In this document: positions 34,212 through 46,730 of the stretch, one piece after another
How positions within the stretch are numbered: position 1 is the stretch's first letter
Layout: every line of letters begins with the position of its first letter
Assembly (NCBI RefSeq): GCF_046119375.1
Contig: NW_027362765.1
Span: forward strand, 286,192,001 to 286,256,000
DNA length: 64,000 nucleotides
Source: Phyllobates terribilis
Lineage: Eukaryota
Direction: 5' to 3'
Notes under the pieces: model-generated
Databases searched by the model: none
What the model saw: the letters and a program-made list of their open reading frames with translations, nothing else
Told to the model about the DNA's origin: nothing
Program-made: the position numbers and the translations under genes

Positions 34212-34986
34212 GGCTGTGTGCCCACGATGCGTTTTTTAAGCGTATCTGCAGCGGCAAAAACGCTTAAAAAATGCATAGTAGAAGGCCTGCCATGTTCCCC
34301 AATGATAATCCGCAAGTGCTGTGCACATGCTGCGGAAATTTCCGCTGCGGATTATCATTGCGGAAAAAAACGCAGCACTACCAATTGTTTTGCGGAAGCT
34401 CGGCGTTTTCGCCGCCATTGACTTGCATTAGAACGCATGGATTATGCATCACTGTATATGTAGATGCGCAATCCACGTGTTCCAATCTGCGGATGGTACC
34501 CAAGTCTAGAGGAGAGGAGACTCTCATCCAGACCCAGGTACCATAGAAACTGTGAAAAAAAGAATAAAAAAGAATAAAATCAAAAATAAATATATACTTA
34601 CCTTCTGGCGGCCGCCGCTGCGCTCCTCCTCTCATGCCGGCAAATCGCGATGCACTGAAGGACCTGCACTGACATCATAGTCATGTGACGGGTCACGCGA
34701 TGCTGACGTCGGCAGGTCCTTCAGTGTACCGCGATCTGCCAGCAGTCATGCCATTTGCATGGATTTATATAGTGTGACCAAGTTGACAAGCACTTTCCAA
34801 GTGATGCTAAAATCGCTTGGAAAGCGCTTGTCAACCCGCATGCGGAAATGCATGTGAAGAACGCTTCACTTCCACATGTCCCTGGCAGGAAAACGCATGT
34901 ACAATCCCCATGCGTTTTTTCTGCCAGGGAGATGCAGAAACGCTCAGGAAAAATCCGGAGCATTTCTTCATCGTGGGCACACAGCC
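34212..34986. mobile_element. PIF/Harbinger-type MITE
   Basis: TIR GGCTGTGTGCCCACGATG / CATCGTGGGCACACAGCC; TAA TSD on both sides. Confidence 0.85.
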
Positions 34987-36329
34987 TAAATATATATTCC
35001 TTTATCTACAGTGATGTCTTATCTACAGGGCTGACAGACAATATGCACAGTGGTTATATATTAATACTAATTTTAGTTATTCAATTATCATGGACTGCTT
35101 ATTAATAAAGTTCCCCAAGTGTCAAGTAAACACCTAACATTTCCTTTGTAGTCGCAGGTTCTCCTCAACTTCCCCAGTTGTCACAGGAAGACTCCCTCAA
35201 TCTCCCTAGTAATCAGAGAAGTCACAGTCATGCCAGCACAAAGCCTGGAGTTGACACCTAAGTGCCTAATGCTTGGAAGGCAGGAATCATGACACAGTTG
35301 GAACACACAGGTGTACATTTGCGACAAATTTTGCAACTTTTTTCAAGTGTCAAGCGATGAATCAGCCAAAAACATCTGCAAACCCTAAACTCCACCACCA
35401 ATAGCAAACATAAAAAGAGGTGAACACAAAAAAAAAAAACTTTAAAAAAGGTCCAAATTATAAGAATAAGGCTGTGTTCACATGTCCAGTAATCATCAGT
35501 TACAACGGGTCCAGCAGCAATCTGTTAACTAAAAAGTTGTGCAGACAACTTTTTTGTCCAGATAAAAAAAACTAATGTCAAATGGATCAGTTTTGTTTTT
35601 TTTTTTTTACTTTAAAGTCAATGGAAACTGATTTTTTAAATAGCCATCCGTTTTTCTTTTATTTGAAAATGATTGCTTTTTTCACTTACTGGATCAGTTC
35701 CAAAAGGGATAAAAAAGGATGGCTCTTTAACGGATCCATTTTCCATAGACTTCAATGTTAAAAAAAGGATCCAGTTGAAATTACTTTTTGTTTAGCTAGA
35801 GAAAAAAGCAGTGTCTGCACAACTATTTTTGTTAACGGATTGTTCTAAAGTATGATTACTGGACCTGTGAATGTAACCTTAGGTGCCAATTAAAAACAGA
35901 TGAACACCAAAAACTAGACCAAAAGGCACAAATGCAATAATGAATCAAACCCAAAATCTTTATTGTACTCTGGTATACAGATCCTGGATGGTTACATTTA
36001 TGTTGTATTTTCTGGACACCAACATATAGTGAGATCCTTTGGGTTTTGTTCTAGTGTCCTTATTTTAATGCAGAGGTGGGGAATCTCCGGCCAGCGACAT
36101 CCTTTTCTCCAGCCCCCAGGGACCACAGTGCTTGGGCCCTTTAATTGATCCCGATACTGCGAGTACGTGCATGCAGCGTCCACTACTGAACGCTGCAGCA
36201 CATACAATGAATGATTATATTCCAGCACCTCCTGTGATTGATATGTCCCCAGTCCCTCCTGTGATAAAGTGTATATTCTCACAGAGTCTCCTGTGGTGTA
36301 TATATTTCCCCAGCGTCTCCCGTGAGGTA

Positions 36330-37958
36330 CAGTACAGACCAAAAGTTTGGACACACCTTCTCATTTAAAGATTTTTCTGTATTTTCATGACTATGAAAAT
36401 TGTACATTCACATTGAAGGCATCAAAACTATGAATTAACACATGTGGAATTATATACTTAACAAAAAAGTGTGAAACAACTGAAAATATGTCTTATATTC
36501 TAGGTTCTTCAAAGTAGCCACCTTTTGCTTTGATGACTGCTTTGCACACTCTTGGCATTCTCTTGATGAGCTTCAAAAGGTAGTCACTGGAAATGGTTTT
36601 CACTTCACAGGTGTGCCCTGTCAGGTTTAATAAGTGGGATTTCTTGCCTTATAAATGGGGTTGTGACCATCAGTTGTGTTGTGCAGACGTCTGGTGGATA
36701 CACAACTGATAGTCCTACTGAATAGTCTGTTAACTGCTTTTTTCTTGCCATAATACAAATTCTAAGTAAAGAAAAACGAGTGGCCATCATTATTTTAAGA
36801 AATGAAGGTCAATCAGTGTGAAAAATTGGGAAAACTTTGAAAGTGTCCCCAAGTGCAGTTGCAAAAACCATCAAGCGCTACAAAGAAACTGGCTCACATG
36901 AGGACTGCCCCAGGAAAGGAAGACCAAGAGTCACCTCTGCTTCTGAGGATAAGTTTATCCGAGTCACCAGCCACAGAAATCGCAGGTTAACAGCAGCTCA
37001 GATTAGAGACCAGGTCAATGACATACAGAGTTCTAGCAGCAGACACATCTCTTCAACAACTGTTAAGAGGAGACTTTGTGCAGCAGGCCTTCGTGGTAAA
37101 ATAGCTGCTAGGAAACCACTGCTAAGGACAGGCAACAAGCAGAAGAGACTTGTTTGGGCTAAAGAACACAAGGAATGGACATTAGACCAGTGGAAATATG
37201 TGCTTTGGTCTGATGAGTCCAAATTTGAGATCTTTGGTTCCAACCACCGTGTCTTTGTGCGACGCAGAAAAGGTGAACGGATGGACTCTACATGCCTGGT
37301 TCCCACCGTGAAGCATGGAGGAGGAGGTGTGATGGTGTGGGGGTGCTTTGCCGGTGACACTGTTGGAGATTTATTCAAAACTGAAGGCATACTGAACCAG
37401 CATGGCTACCACAGCATCTTGCAGTAGCATGCTATTCCATCCGGTTTGCGTTTAGTTGGACCATCATTTATTTTTCAATAGGACAATGACCCCAAACACA
37501 CCTCCAGGCTGTGTAAGGGCTATTTGACCAAGAAGGAGAGTGATGTGGTGCTACGCCAGATGACCTGCCCTCCACAGTCACCAGACCTGAACCCAATCGA
37601 GATGGTTTGGGGTGAGCTGGACCGCAGAGTGAAGGCAAAAGGGCCAACAAGTGCTAAGCATCTCTGGGAACTCCTTCAAGATTGTTGGAAGACCATTTCC
37701 GGTGACTACCTCTTGAAGCTCATCAAGAGAATGCCAAGAGTGTGCAAAGCAGTCATCAAAGCAAAAGGTGGCTACTTTGAAGAACCTAGAATATAAGACA
37801 TATTTTCAGTTGTTTCACACTTTTTGTTGACTATATAATTCCACATGCGTTAATTCATAGTTTTGATGCCTTCAGTGTGAATGTACAATTTTCATAGTCA
37901 TGAAAATACAGAAAAAGCTTTAAATGAGAAGGTGTGTCCAAACTTTTGGTCTGTACTG
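36330..37958 (+). mobile_element. Full-length Tc1-like DD38E (Intruder-type) transposon, transposase disrupted
   Basis: TA|CAGTACAGACCAAAAGTTTGG...CCAAACTTTTGGTCTGTACTG|TA with long TIRs. Same family as 56455..58078 but with premature stops (e.g. TAG at 37425-37427). Confidence 0.92.
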
Positions 37959-37974
37959 TATACATATATACACA

Positions 37975-38220
37975 CAGTACAGACCAAAAGTTTGGACACA
38001 CCTCATTTAAAGATTTTTCTGTATTTTCTTGACTATGAAAATTGTACATTCACACTGAAGGCATCAAAACTATGAATTAACACATGTGGAATTATATACT
38101 TAACAAAAAAGGAAATAAACATGTGTATAACAAAACATGTGTAATTGCAATCATTTTCTGGGAGAAATACTTTATTTTCTAGAACAATTTCAAGGGTGAC
38201 AACACTTTCAGCCATGACTA
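37975..38220. mobile_element. Truncated TIR of the same Tc1 family fused to the end of a different Tc1 family
   Basis: CAGTACAGACCAAAAG... runs to about 38110, then switches to ...GCAATCATTTTC...AAGGGTGACAACACTTTCAGCCATGACT, which resembles a Tc1 TIR like the one at 850-930. Confidence 0.6.
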
Positions 38221-39318
38221 TTTGTCAGAAGAAAGATTTAAAGGATTTCTCTGGTGCCTCTTAAGTATTTGGAAGTGAGAGGCAATGGTGTTGCATCAAC
38301 AGGTGACTACCGATGAACAGAACAGGTGCACAATACTTGTCTGTGAACTAGACATGGAAGTCGCCTGTCACCGCATCCTTATCAGTGCCTTTCACCTACC
38401 ATTGTTGAAACCCTTTTGAATGACCATCCAATGTGTCAGGGGACCTCTCAAAACTCCCCAGATAGATGAGGTTGAAGGAGAAGACGAGGATCATTGCATT
38501 CCAGAATCTTATCTTTTTGCTCTCCCAGGATATATGCCACCCCAATAGAGTTGTAACAGCAGCTTAATGTGGGTTTACATTCCATGATCTGCAACATGTT
38601 TGCTAATTGGCAGTCATTTACTAGCCTGTTTAGACAATAGCTCTTGTCCTGTTTACAACGGACGATGTGTTGCAGAGAACGATGTTTTTTTTTTGTTTTT
38701 TTTTTAAAGTAAGCCAAAAGTTCGTTCCACTTGATGAACAAATGTTTTGCTTGTTTTTTGGGTGATCGGCAACCTGTTTACACAACTTGCTCTGGATAAT
38801 CACGCAATGTAAATGCACTCTTGGTCCATTTTCTCAACGGAAAATACATGCACAGCTGCTGACCGAACCCTGCATGAATATGGGGGAATTTCGAAAGACA
38901 GCCTTTAACTAAACGGTTATATGTACTTTGTGGGTAGCTTATACTATTTCATGGTTATAGATCACTTTCAAAATCATTGACTATCCTTCAAAATATAAAA
39001 GAATAGAATGTATCTGCTCAGATGGAACAGGCGTCCCAAAGGGTTGAGTAACCAACAAAGGAAAGCATTAGTAAGTTAGAGGGGACACAGAAACCTATAA
39101 CATCTCTAAAGTCAGCTGTGATGGGGAAGACTGTCACCCATCTGCTTCACAAGCATATTTTAAAATAATAATAATAATAATAATATGCACTCAGCATCAT
39201 TTTGGCTATAGTTTGTCATAAAACATGAGAGAAACTCTGGAATCATGCAAGAAAAGGTCCGGTGGCCAGAAAGAAATCAAATACCATTTTTGCTGTTCAG
39301 GTGGTGGCTAATTGTTAA

Positions 39319-39834
39319 AGGAGTCTATCAGCCCAAACTGACAATATAAACTAAGCATGTAGCCTTGTAGGGGATACAGACAATATAAAAATAACACCTA
39401 TAGTGTTTTATTTGCTCACTCCATTCTGCATAAGCTGAACGTTAATCGAATATGCTAATCAGCGTAGTACGTGCACCCCTGGTGTGGCCAAGAGGCTTAG
39501 TACACAATGTCCTCGCCTCCATCACTGGTGATTGACAGCGCTGGCTTGCCTGGAGTGAGCACTGTCGGCAGAGAAAGCTCATGCATACCACTGCTGCCAA
39601 TCAATAGTGAGGGCGGTGGAGGCATTCAAAACCAGTGGACATAACGATGCACTGAACATATCGCCCACACAATGGGTGCACTGAGCACCATAATTAGCAT
39701 ATTCAATTTACTTTAATTTCTGCAGAGGGGAGACAGCAATTAGAACACTAAAGGTGAGATTTTCAGAGGGGTTGTATCCGCAACAAGACTATGTGCTTAG
39801 TTTATACTGTCAGGATTAGGCTGACAGACTCCCT
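39319..39834. mobile_element. T2/Kolobok-type MITE
   Basis: TTAA|AGGAGTCTATCAGCC...GGCTGACAGACTCCCT|TTAA. Confidence 0.8.
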
Positions 39835-40525
39835 TTAACTAACATTTTAAAACAATTAAATGAATTTCAAAGCATTAAAGGGATTTCCAGTTTTGAAAAA
39901 CATGTGTCCTCCATCTACAGTTTGTTTTAAAAAATACAAACGGTGCTTTACTTACCCCTCCCAGGTCCAGCACTGGGTCTTCGTCACTGTTCTGTCACTG
40001 TCTGCAGTCTGACATCACCTCGACAACACTGCAACCAATAACTGAGGTCAGCAGTTCTGCCCAAGTAGACAGCACGAGCCGCTAAGCTCACTAATTGGCT
40101 GAAGTCAACATGACCTCAGTGCTGCAGACAATAACAGACACACTGGGAGCAATGGCAGAGACTCAGCACTGACCAGGGGAGGTTGTGTAAAGCACAGTTT
40201 GATTTTTTTTTTTAAACATACTTGCAGCCAGGGGGAAAGACGGGTTTTCTGTAATGGGAAAACCCATTTAGCTCTATAAAAGATTAATACTTTTTTAGAT
40301 GCCAAGTGTGTATATGTATTTACATACAGACCACAAAGAGACGACCACACAGATTAACATTGTAAAGTGGTGTGCTTGGGGAGGTTGTCCTCTCAAAGAT
40401 GGTTAGTACGAATTACATATGGTGGAACTGAAAATCTGACCTCGATAATGGAAGTGGTCCTTTGGAGAGAATCTACTTTATATACTCCATTACAATATTA
40501 CAGAATATAATTTAAACAAAATTAC

Positions 40526-43500
40526 TTAGTGACTGGCAGATGAATTCAGCCACTGCAACACCTCCAGCAGTCCGGTGCCCTCCAGGGCGCTAGTTTCCAG
40601 GACAGTGATTGGCTGCTTAGCACAGGCTATAACGTCATCCAATCGGAAGAGTGATTTCATCTCTACTAATGACATACAGCATGGAAGATCCCTACAAGTG
40701 AACAGACAATACACATTAATCTTCAGGATGTAGGTTAAACATTGACTTCTGTGAACTTTACCTAAAAACATCTTTGCAAAATAATAATAGCTCAGACTAA
40801 CATGATTGATTATGGGAATTTCAATTAAAGAGATTGTTTACTAATTAGATATCAATGACATATGCATAGGATAATGTCACCAATATTAACTTGTTGGGGT
40901 TCCGACACCTACAACTACCACCGATCAGCTGTTATCAGCTCAGGCCAGATGTAAATAGTCTATGGAGCTGAACAGCACAGCTTTGTACGCCCTGCAGTGG
41001 CCACTCTCAGGTACTGCAGCTCAACTCGTATTCTTTTCAATGAGAACTGAGCTGCAGTTCCTGATAATAGTCACTGCACAGCGTACAAAGCTGTGCTGTT
41101 CCAGCTCTACACACGGTATACATCTGGCAGCTGCCAGCGCTGCAAACAGCTGACTGGTGAGTGTGGACAATCCCTTTAATTGCCTGAATATGCAAGCAGA
41201 GTCTAGACTTTGCCGCAGATGATAAGAGCCAGTGATGTTCTTCTCTACTGGGACAATGGAAAATGTCTACAACTATTGCAAATCTCGATTAAGAGTATTG
41301 CTGCACATATATCTTAATTTTTTTTAAGTACCACAGAGATAACAATTTTTGATGTTAAACAATACTTCATCCAGAAGTATTTTATGTAATTAATAATTGA
41401 GGGGGTAGTCCGTCTAATCGCTAAGTAGGAGAGAAATGCTGGATTGCGGGCGATTGTTGGGTCCCCAATCAATTGCCAACTTGAACCCATGTCCCCCACG
41501 TCCTTCACCTACATGAAATCAGTATGTATTGGCAGCCTGGCATACAAGTGCTGCGTTTGCATATAAACTGCATGGTAGTTAATAAAACAGCACAGTGGAT
41601 AGGTAATACATGTAGGGCGATGTATAATAAAAACGTTCTCTTTACGTCGTCTCACAGTTATGAGACCCAGTCTAGGCAATCCTCTGTGAGATAGATATAT
41701 CAGGAGCACACTTATACCATTCATGTAAGGGGGAGGGTATTCCCGAAGAAATTATCTGAAAGCTGAATGTTCATAGCATTACTTACGTTTTGTTGAACAC
41801 AACAAGGACTGAGACTGCGGAGAGAGCAGGAGCAGAGAGCATAGACAGGAGCTGGACACAGGACGCAGACACCTGATTCGGGTTAGCGGCATCCACAACA
41901 AACTAGAAATCAGATTAATAGTAACATCACATTAATCAGTTATTATATAGGTCACATATAATATATTGCAGCTAGTAGGCATACCAGGCTCACCCAGGGG
42001 TGAAAACATTTTTTTATTATTATTTTTTTATGCTTTGTATAGCGCCATGATATTCTGCATCGTTTTACAGACATTATCTGCATTGTCCCCATTGAGGCTC
42101 ACAATCTACATTCCCTATCAGTATGTCTTTGGAGTGTGGGAGGAAACTGGAGAATCCGGAGGAAACCCACGCAAACACGGGGAGAACATACAAACTCCTT
42201 GCAGATGTGTATGAAGAGTTGCATTCGCCACGCCAAAAATCTTACTCAAAGTTGTGCCTAATTTTTGCAAATTTCCACAGCTTGTATGCCAGAATTCTGG
42301 AGTGAAAACTTGGATGAATCAGGCCCCAAGAATACATAACGGGTCCAAAATAAACTGTTAACCTCATTAGCTTCTTTTCAGCAGATCTTGCCAATCTGAT
42401 CACAGCCCACGTTAGATAATGGTTTAGCAAAAGATTCTTCAAAAAAATACACCAACAAATGTCAATGATCATCTTCAGTGTGAGATCAAGAGGCTGGTAA
42501 TGAGGTGCTACATCTACAAAGTCTTACCAGTACAGTCTGACAATCCTTGTAATAACTCGGCCAGATGGGCACCATGGAACCACCCACTTCTCGGATGGTC
42601 ACACGTGTTCTCTGTATTGTCAGATCAGTCAAGTTTGTGCCAACCTTCCGGAGATAAAGTGTATTTTTTTTCCGTTAAATGCCAAACACTATATAAATGA
42701 CATAACACAGAATGCTAAAAAAATACTTAAAGCGTACCCACTTTTCATTTTACTATAGTAGTTACACATTAAAACCTGAAATAGCTGAACAGTGGACAAT
42801 AGATTGAAAACAGTATAGAACTGTGCAACCAATTGAACTGTCTGTATTAGCAGCAGTGGTGATCGGTCAAAGGTCCCATGCACATGACCGATATTCTTGG
42901 AAGATTGCCATCTGTGGTTTTCACAGATAGAACTCGTACCCATGATATTCTATGGGGCTGTGCACATGACCGACTTTCTTGAAACAGTACTATCCGTGGT
43001 TTTCATTAACAATCCTGTGTATAAATTTATCCTGGGAAATACCCAAAACTATGACAACGTACCTACTACCTGCAACAAGATTCAGGATACTCGGGGTAAA
43101 TGTGAACAACTAGAAACGCCCGAGTATCTGCGCCGATGATGTACTGTACCATACAGAGTGGGAACAGTTATATGGCAGATTTTTAAGTACATATCCCCAT
43201 GATGAATCTATATGACAGATGATCTCAGTAACTTACGGTGGGCTGGGTGGGAGGCACATCTCCTAATTCGGTTGACTCTTTACCACACAGCTTTACAGAA
43301 AAAGGTTAAAGAATATCAAAAACATATTTAATGTATCATTAACTTTAATATTAAAAGGGTAATTTCCATTTCTGCCTTTCATGACCGAGATAACAATAAC
43401 TGTTTGTACGTTCCAGTGGTGTTGGCACTGCCTCTCCCGGGGATTGCGTGGCATTATGTCACACAATCCCTGCGGCTAATCATCACTCACTTCACTTTCC

Positions 43501-46500
43501 TCTCCTACAAACATAATTGATATCTGGAGGAAGTGGGAGCTGCGGCTCTTCCTCCTTATGTCTTGATTTGTGCAAAGGAGAGGAGAATGTAGCTAGTGCT
43601 GATTGGCCGCAGTTATCATGTGACAATGTCACGCAATCCCCGGGAGATCCAGTGCCAACACCACTGGATAGGCACCAAGTATAGGTGTTACTATTTTACT
43701 GCAGGCGAAACATAAGGATTCAGAAAGGGTTGTCTGAATAGTGGACAACCCCTTTAAAGGTCATCTGGCAGTAAAAGATGACGGTTCGAATCAAGCACAA
43801 CACCTAGTAAGAGACATAACGCTAAGAAAAGCTACATATCTATTGCTGTGTTTCCCGAAGTGCGTGCATTAATCAAATATGCGAATGAGGAGCTTAGTGC
43901 ACCCTGGGCATGGCCAAGCAGTTCAGTCACCTTTACACTTTTTTTCTCTCTCTCTCCCTGATTCTTGATTGACAGCTCTGACAGTACAGGTAGTAAAATA
44001 TATACAGAAGGTGGGTAGGTGCACTGGACTGCTTGACCATACAAAAGGATGCACGAGCCCCTGTGCTTGGTTTCTACAATCATTTTGCATTGACAAGAAA
44101 ACCTTTGAAGCACAAAATCTTAAGTTAGATATAATAATGGAAATTTAATCAGTGGTGTATCAGGGGGCGCAATCATGGCTTGTGCTTGGTAAAGGTGACT
44201 AGAGGCAACTCCTCCTACTTTCTCATCAGTAGTGAGCAATGCCACCTCCTGGTTCTGTGTAAGTAGAGGCAAGAGAACTTTTCTTCATGTTATCATCCCC
44301 TTTTACTAATCACAGCCCGTTATCACCTTTGCCCCCAACAGTTAAGCGACCCAGGAAGATGGCACAGAAACTTTTCTTCATGTTATGATGCCCTTTACTC
44401 ATCACAACTTGCTATTTTCGCTCTCCTATATTACTTCAGTGACCCCCATGGTGGCTACAGGCCTTATTCACATCAGCGGTTTGTATCGACAGGTGTCCTC
44501 GGTAACACTTCTGCAAAACTGTGCGGCCATGAACATTAAGCAATTAATTTCTCAATAACACAGTGGAAATCCACTGCAACTTTTAGGAAGCAGCATCTTA
44601 GCAGTGGCACCTATGGAGCAGAACAAACGCCACATGGGACCCCAAGCCTCAGTGTTTGTAAGTCAACACCAGGAGTAAGTTTTGGTTCCACTCCTGAGTT
44701 TAACTAAGGCTAGATTCACGCATCTGTATGAGTGTTTGTTACAATCTGAGAAAGGGAATGATCTTTTTTTTTCTCAGGTGTCATCGTTAATTCCGGTATA
44801 TTTTTTTCACTGAAGGTGGTAGACTGAAGTTTTTCATCCATTGACTCTTAAAGAGGCTGTCCAAGTGTGAGGCTCAAGTGTGCAGTCACTTTGCAGTCCG
44901 ATGCAGGGTGGTCATGTAGCCACAAGTATGTGATTTGCATACTTCCAGTCACATTCCGACTAGATGTGTCCGGCCTCGCTCAATACATTTGTATTGTCTA
45001 GTCAGCGTGTGACCGTATGTATGCAAATCACATACTTGAGGTCACACACTAATGGAGAATCCTAACAAGAGTGTGTAGTGTGCGTCAGGATTCTCCGGGA
45101 GTGCGTGACCTCAAGTATGCGATTTGCATACGCACGGTCACGTGCAGACTAGACGTGTCCTGCCTCACCAAATGCAAGTATATTGAGCAAAGCCGAGGCA
45201 GGACACAACTAGTCGTAATGAGTATGCCAATCACATTTGTGGTCACGCAGTGCCGGAGAGTCCTGATAGGACGCAGACTCCACGTGCTGAGAATCTACAA
45301 GTCTGCAGTCATGTGACTGCAGAAATGAACCCCAAGCCTGGACAACCCCTTTAAGGCTATGTTCAAACACCATGTTTTTTTCAGCATTTTTTTATGCAGT
45401 TTTTTATGCAAATTTTCAGCTGCATTTTGCAGTACCAGCAAAGTCTATGAGAAACCAGAATTCACTGTTCACACATCATGGTTTCTTTTTGTTCAGGATT
45501 TTGCATGTTTTTTTGGAAAATACAGCAGGTCACTTCTTTCAGCGGTTTTTCACCCATAGGAAGTAATGGGTGGTGGAAAAAAACGCTGAAAAATTTGTTT
45601 CACCTTTTTTTCACAGAACTTTATGTACATGCATAAAAAGAGACAGAAGGACGGTGGAAAAAACCACTGCAAAAACGCATAAAACAAAAAAATGCAAGAA
45701 AAATGTTGAACAAAATGCCCTTGAAGATCAGGTTTTGCTGCAGAAAATTGATGCGAAAAAAACATGATGTGTGAACATAGCCTAACATTGGATCCAAGAA
45801 AAAAAAATGAACAGCACTAGAACGTGTCACACGGATGTGTGAATGCTGCCTTACAAATGCTGATGGAAACCAATGACAGGAGTAGTGCTGAGCTATGCTT
45901 AGGATGTCGTCATTATCAGATCTGTGGGGGTCTGCCATCCAGCACCTCCACTTATCCGGGTCACGGGTTCATTACTTCATTTGCGCCTGTTTTCCGTTGA
46001 GTCTTTAGTGTTTTGCGCCATTTTTACGTCACTTTTGCATGCGTTCATCTCTTTTTATGTTCGCATTTTGAGCGGAGTTTGGACGTTTTTACCCAATTCG
46101 CCGTTTGCAACTTTCTGAGAAGTTGCAGAATTCAGCATACATGTCCTCCCCTCCGAAGCCGTTTTATATATACGCCCCGAATCCTGGTGAAAATGTTGCC
46201 ATATTTTACATGAACATGTGTCTTTATGTGCTAAAAAGTTGCAGAAGGGGTTAAAGACAAAAATAAAGGGCAATTTTTAAAGTTTTGTGGAAACTCATTG
46301 AAGAATTTGGTGCAAAGAAGCAATATCGCTTACCACAAACCAAAAAGGAGCTTAAAAACTGCTAATAACATGTACCCTCTACTGTGAGCCACAGACAAGG
46401 TGGCCGACAGTGTTACCACCACAGACCTGCTGCTCTGTAGGGAGGCACCAGTCACGTGTCCCCCAGAACTACTACTGCGGAAGGATATTCTGCAGCCTCT

Positions 46501-46549
46501 TCATGAGCAGAGTCTTCCCGACGCCGGAGGGCCCGAGAACCAAACACAT
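40526..46549 (-). CDS. ARL16: ADP-ribosylation factor-like GTPase 16 (171 aa, five exons)
   Basis: complement(join(46489..46549,43237..43292,42528..42644,41787..41902,40526..40691)) = 516 nt, open. P-loop GPSGVGKT, PTVGTN, IREVGG, FNKT, ETSA. Head-to-head with HGS as at human 17q25.3. Confidence 0.93.
42008..42208 (-). mobile_element. V-SINE/HE1-like SINE fragment with L2-type 3' tail
   Basis: Core GGAGGAAACCCACGCAAACACGGGGAGAACATACAAACTCC; the minus-strand tail reads ...ATGGCGCTATACAAAGCATAAAAAATAATAATAAAAA. Confidence 0.55.
44852..45350. mobile_element. T2/Kolobok-type MITE
   Basis: TTAA|AGAGGCTGTCCAAG...CTGGACAACCCCT|TTAA, with palindromic interior. Confidence 0.75.
45355..45782. mobile_element. 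PIF/Harbinger-type MITE abutting the T2 MITE
   Basis: GGCTATGTTCA...TGAACATAGCC with TAA TSD; it uses the TAA of the neighbour's TTAA. Confidence 0.8.
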
Positions 46550-46730
46550 GATCCATCAGCTGGGAACAGCCCGCCCGCCTGCCTCTCTCCTCAGGAACCA
46601 ACAACATCGCGCACCCCCCCCTCGCCATGACGTCACTTCCGCTCCGTGTGGTCAGGTTCCGCCGTGGAGTTTCCGGAAGCGGAAGTGTTGGCTATATCGG
46701 TGTTAGACTCTCGTTCTCTCCGGTGTTACG
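46550..46730. promoter_or_regulatory. Bidirectional ARL16/HGS promoter
   Basis: 181 bp between divergent ATGs; GC/CpG-rich. Overlapping CRE-ETS TGACGTCACTTCCG at 46628-46641 and tandem ETS TTCCGGAAGCGGAAGTG at 46671-46687. Confidence 0.8.

Larger units (their letters stand above)
43293..46488 (-). other. U12-type (minor spliceosome) intron 1 of ARL16, AT-AA termini, 3196 nt
   Basis: 5' splice site ATATCCTT (46488-46481). Branch-site-like TTCTTTAAC (43313-43305) lies 13 nt before a 3' end ...CTGTAA, which keeps the frame (RLQ-K-LC). Confidence 0.75.

Noticed and set aside
42242-42472. 76-aa minus-strand ORF as a possible exon of CCDC137 or another neighbour gene
   Set aside because: No recognisable homology or good splice pair; it lies inside ARL16 intron 3.
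44188-44219. GKGD...PPT-like text resembling ARL16 exon 2
   Set aside because: On the wrong strand and contains a TAG; the true exon 2 is 43237..43292.
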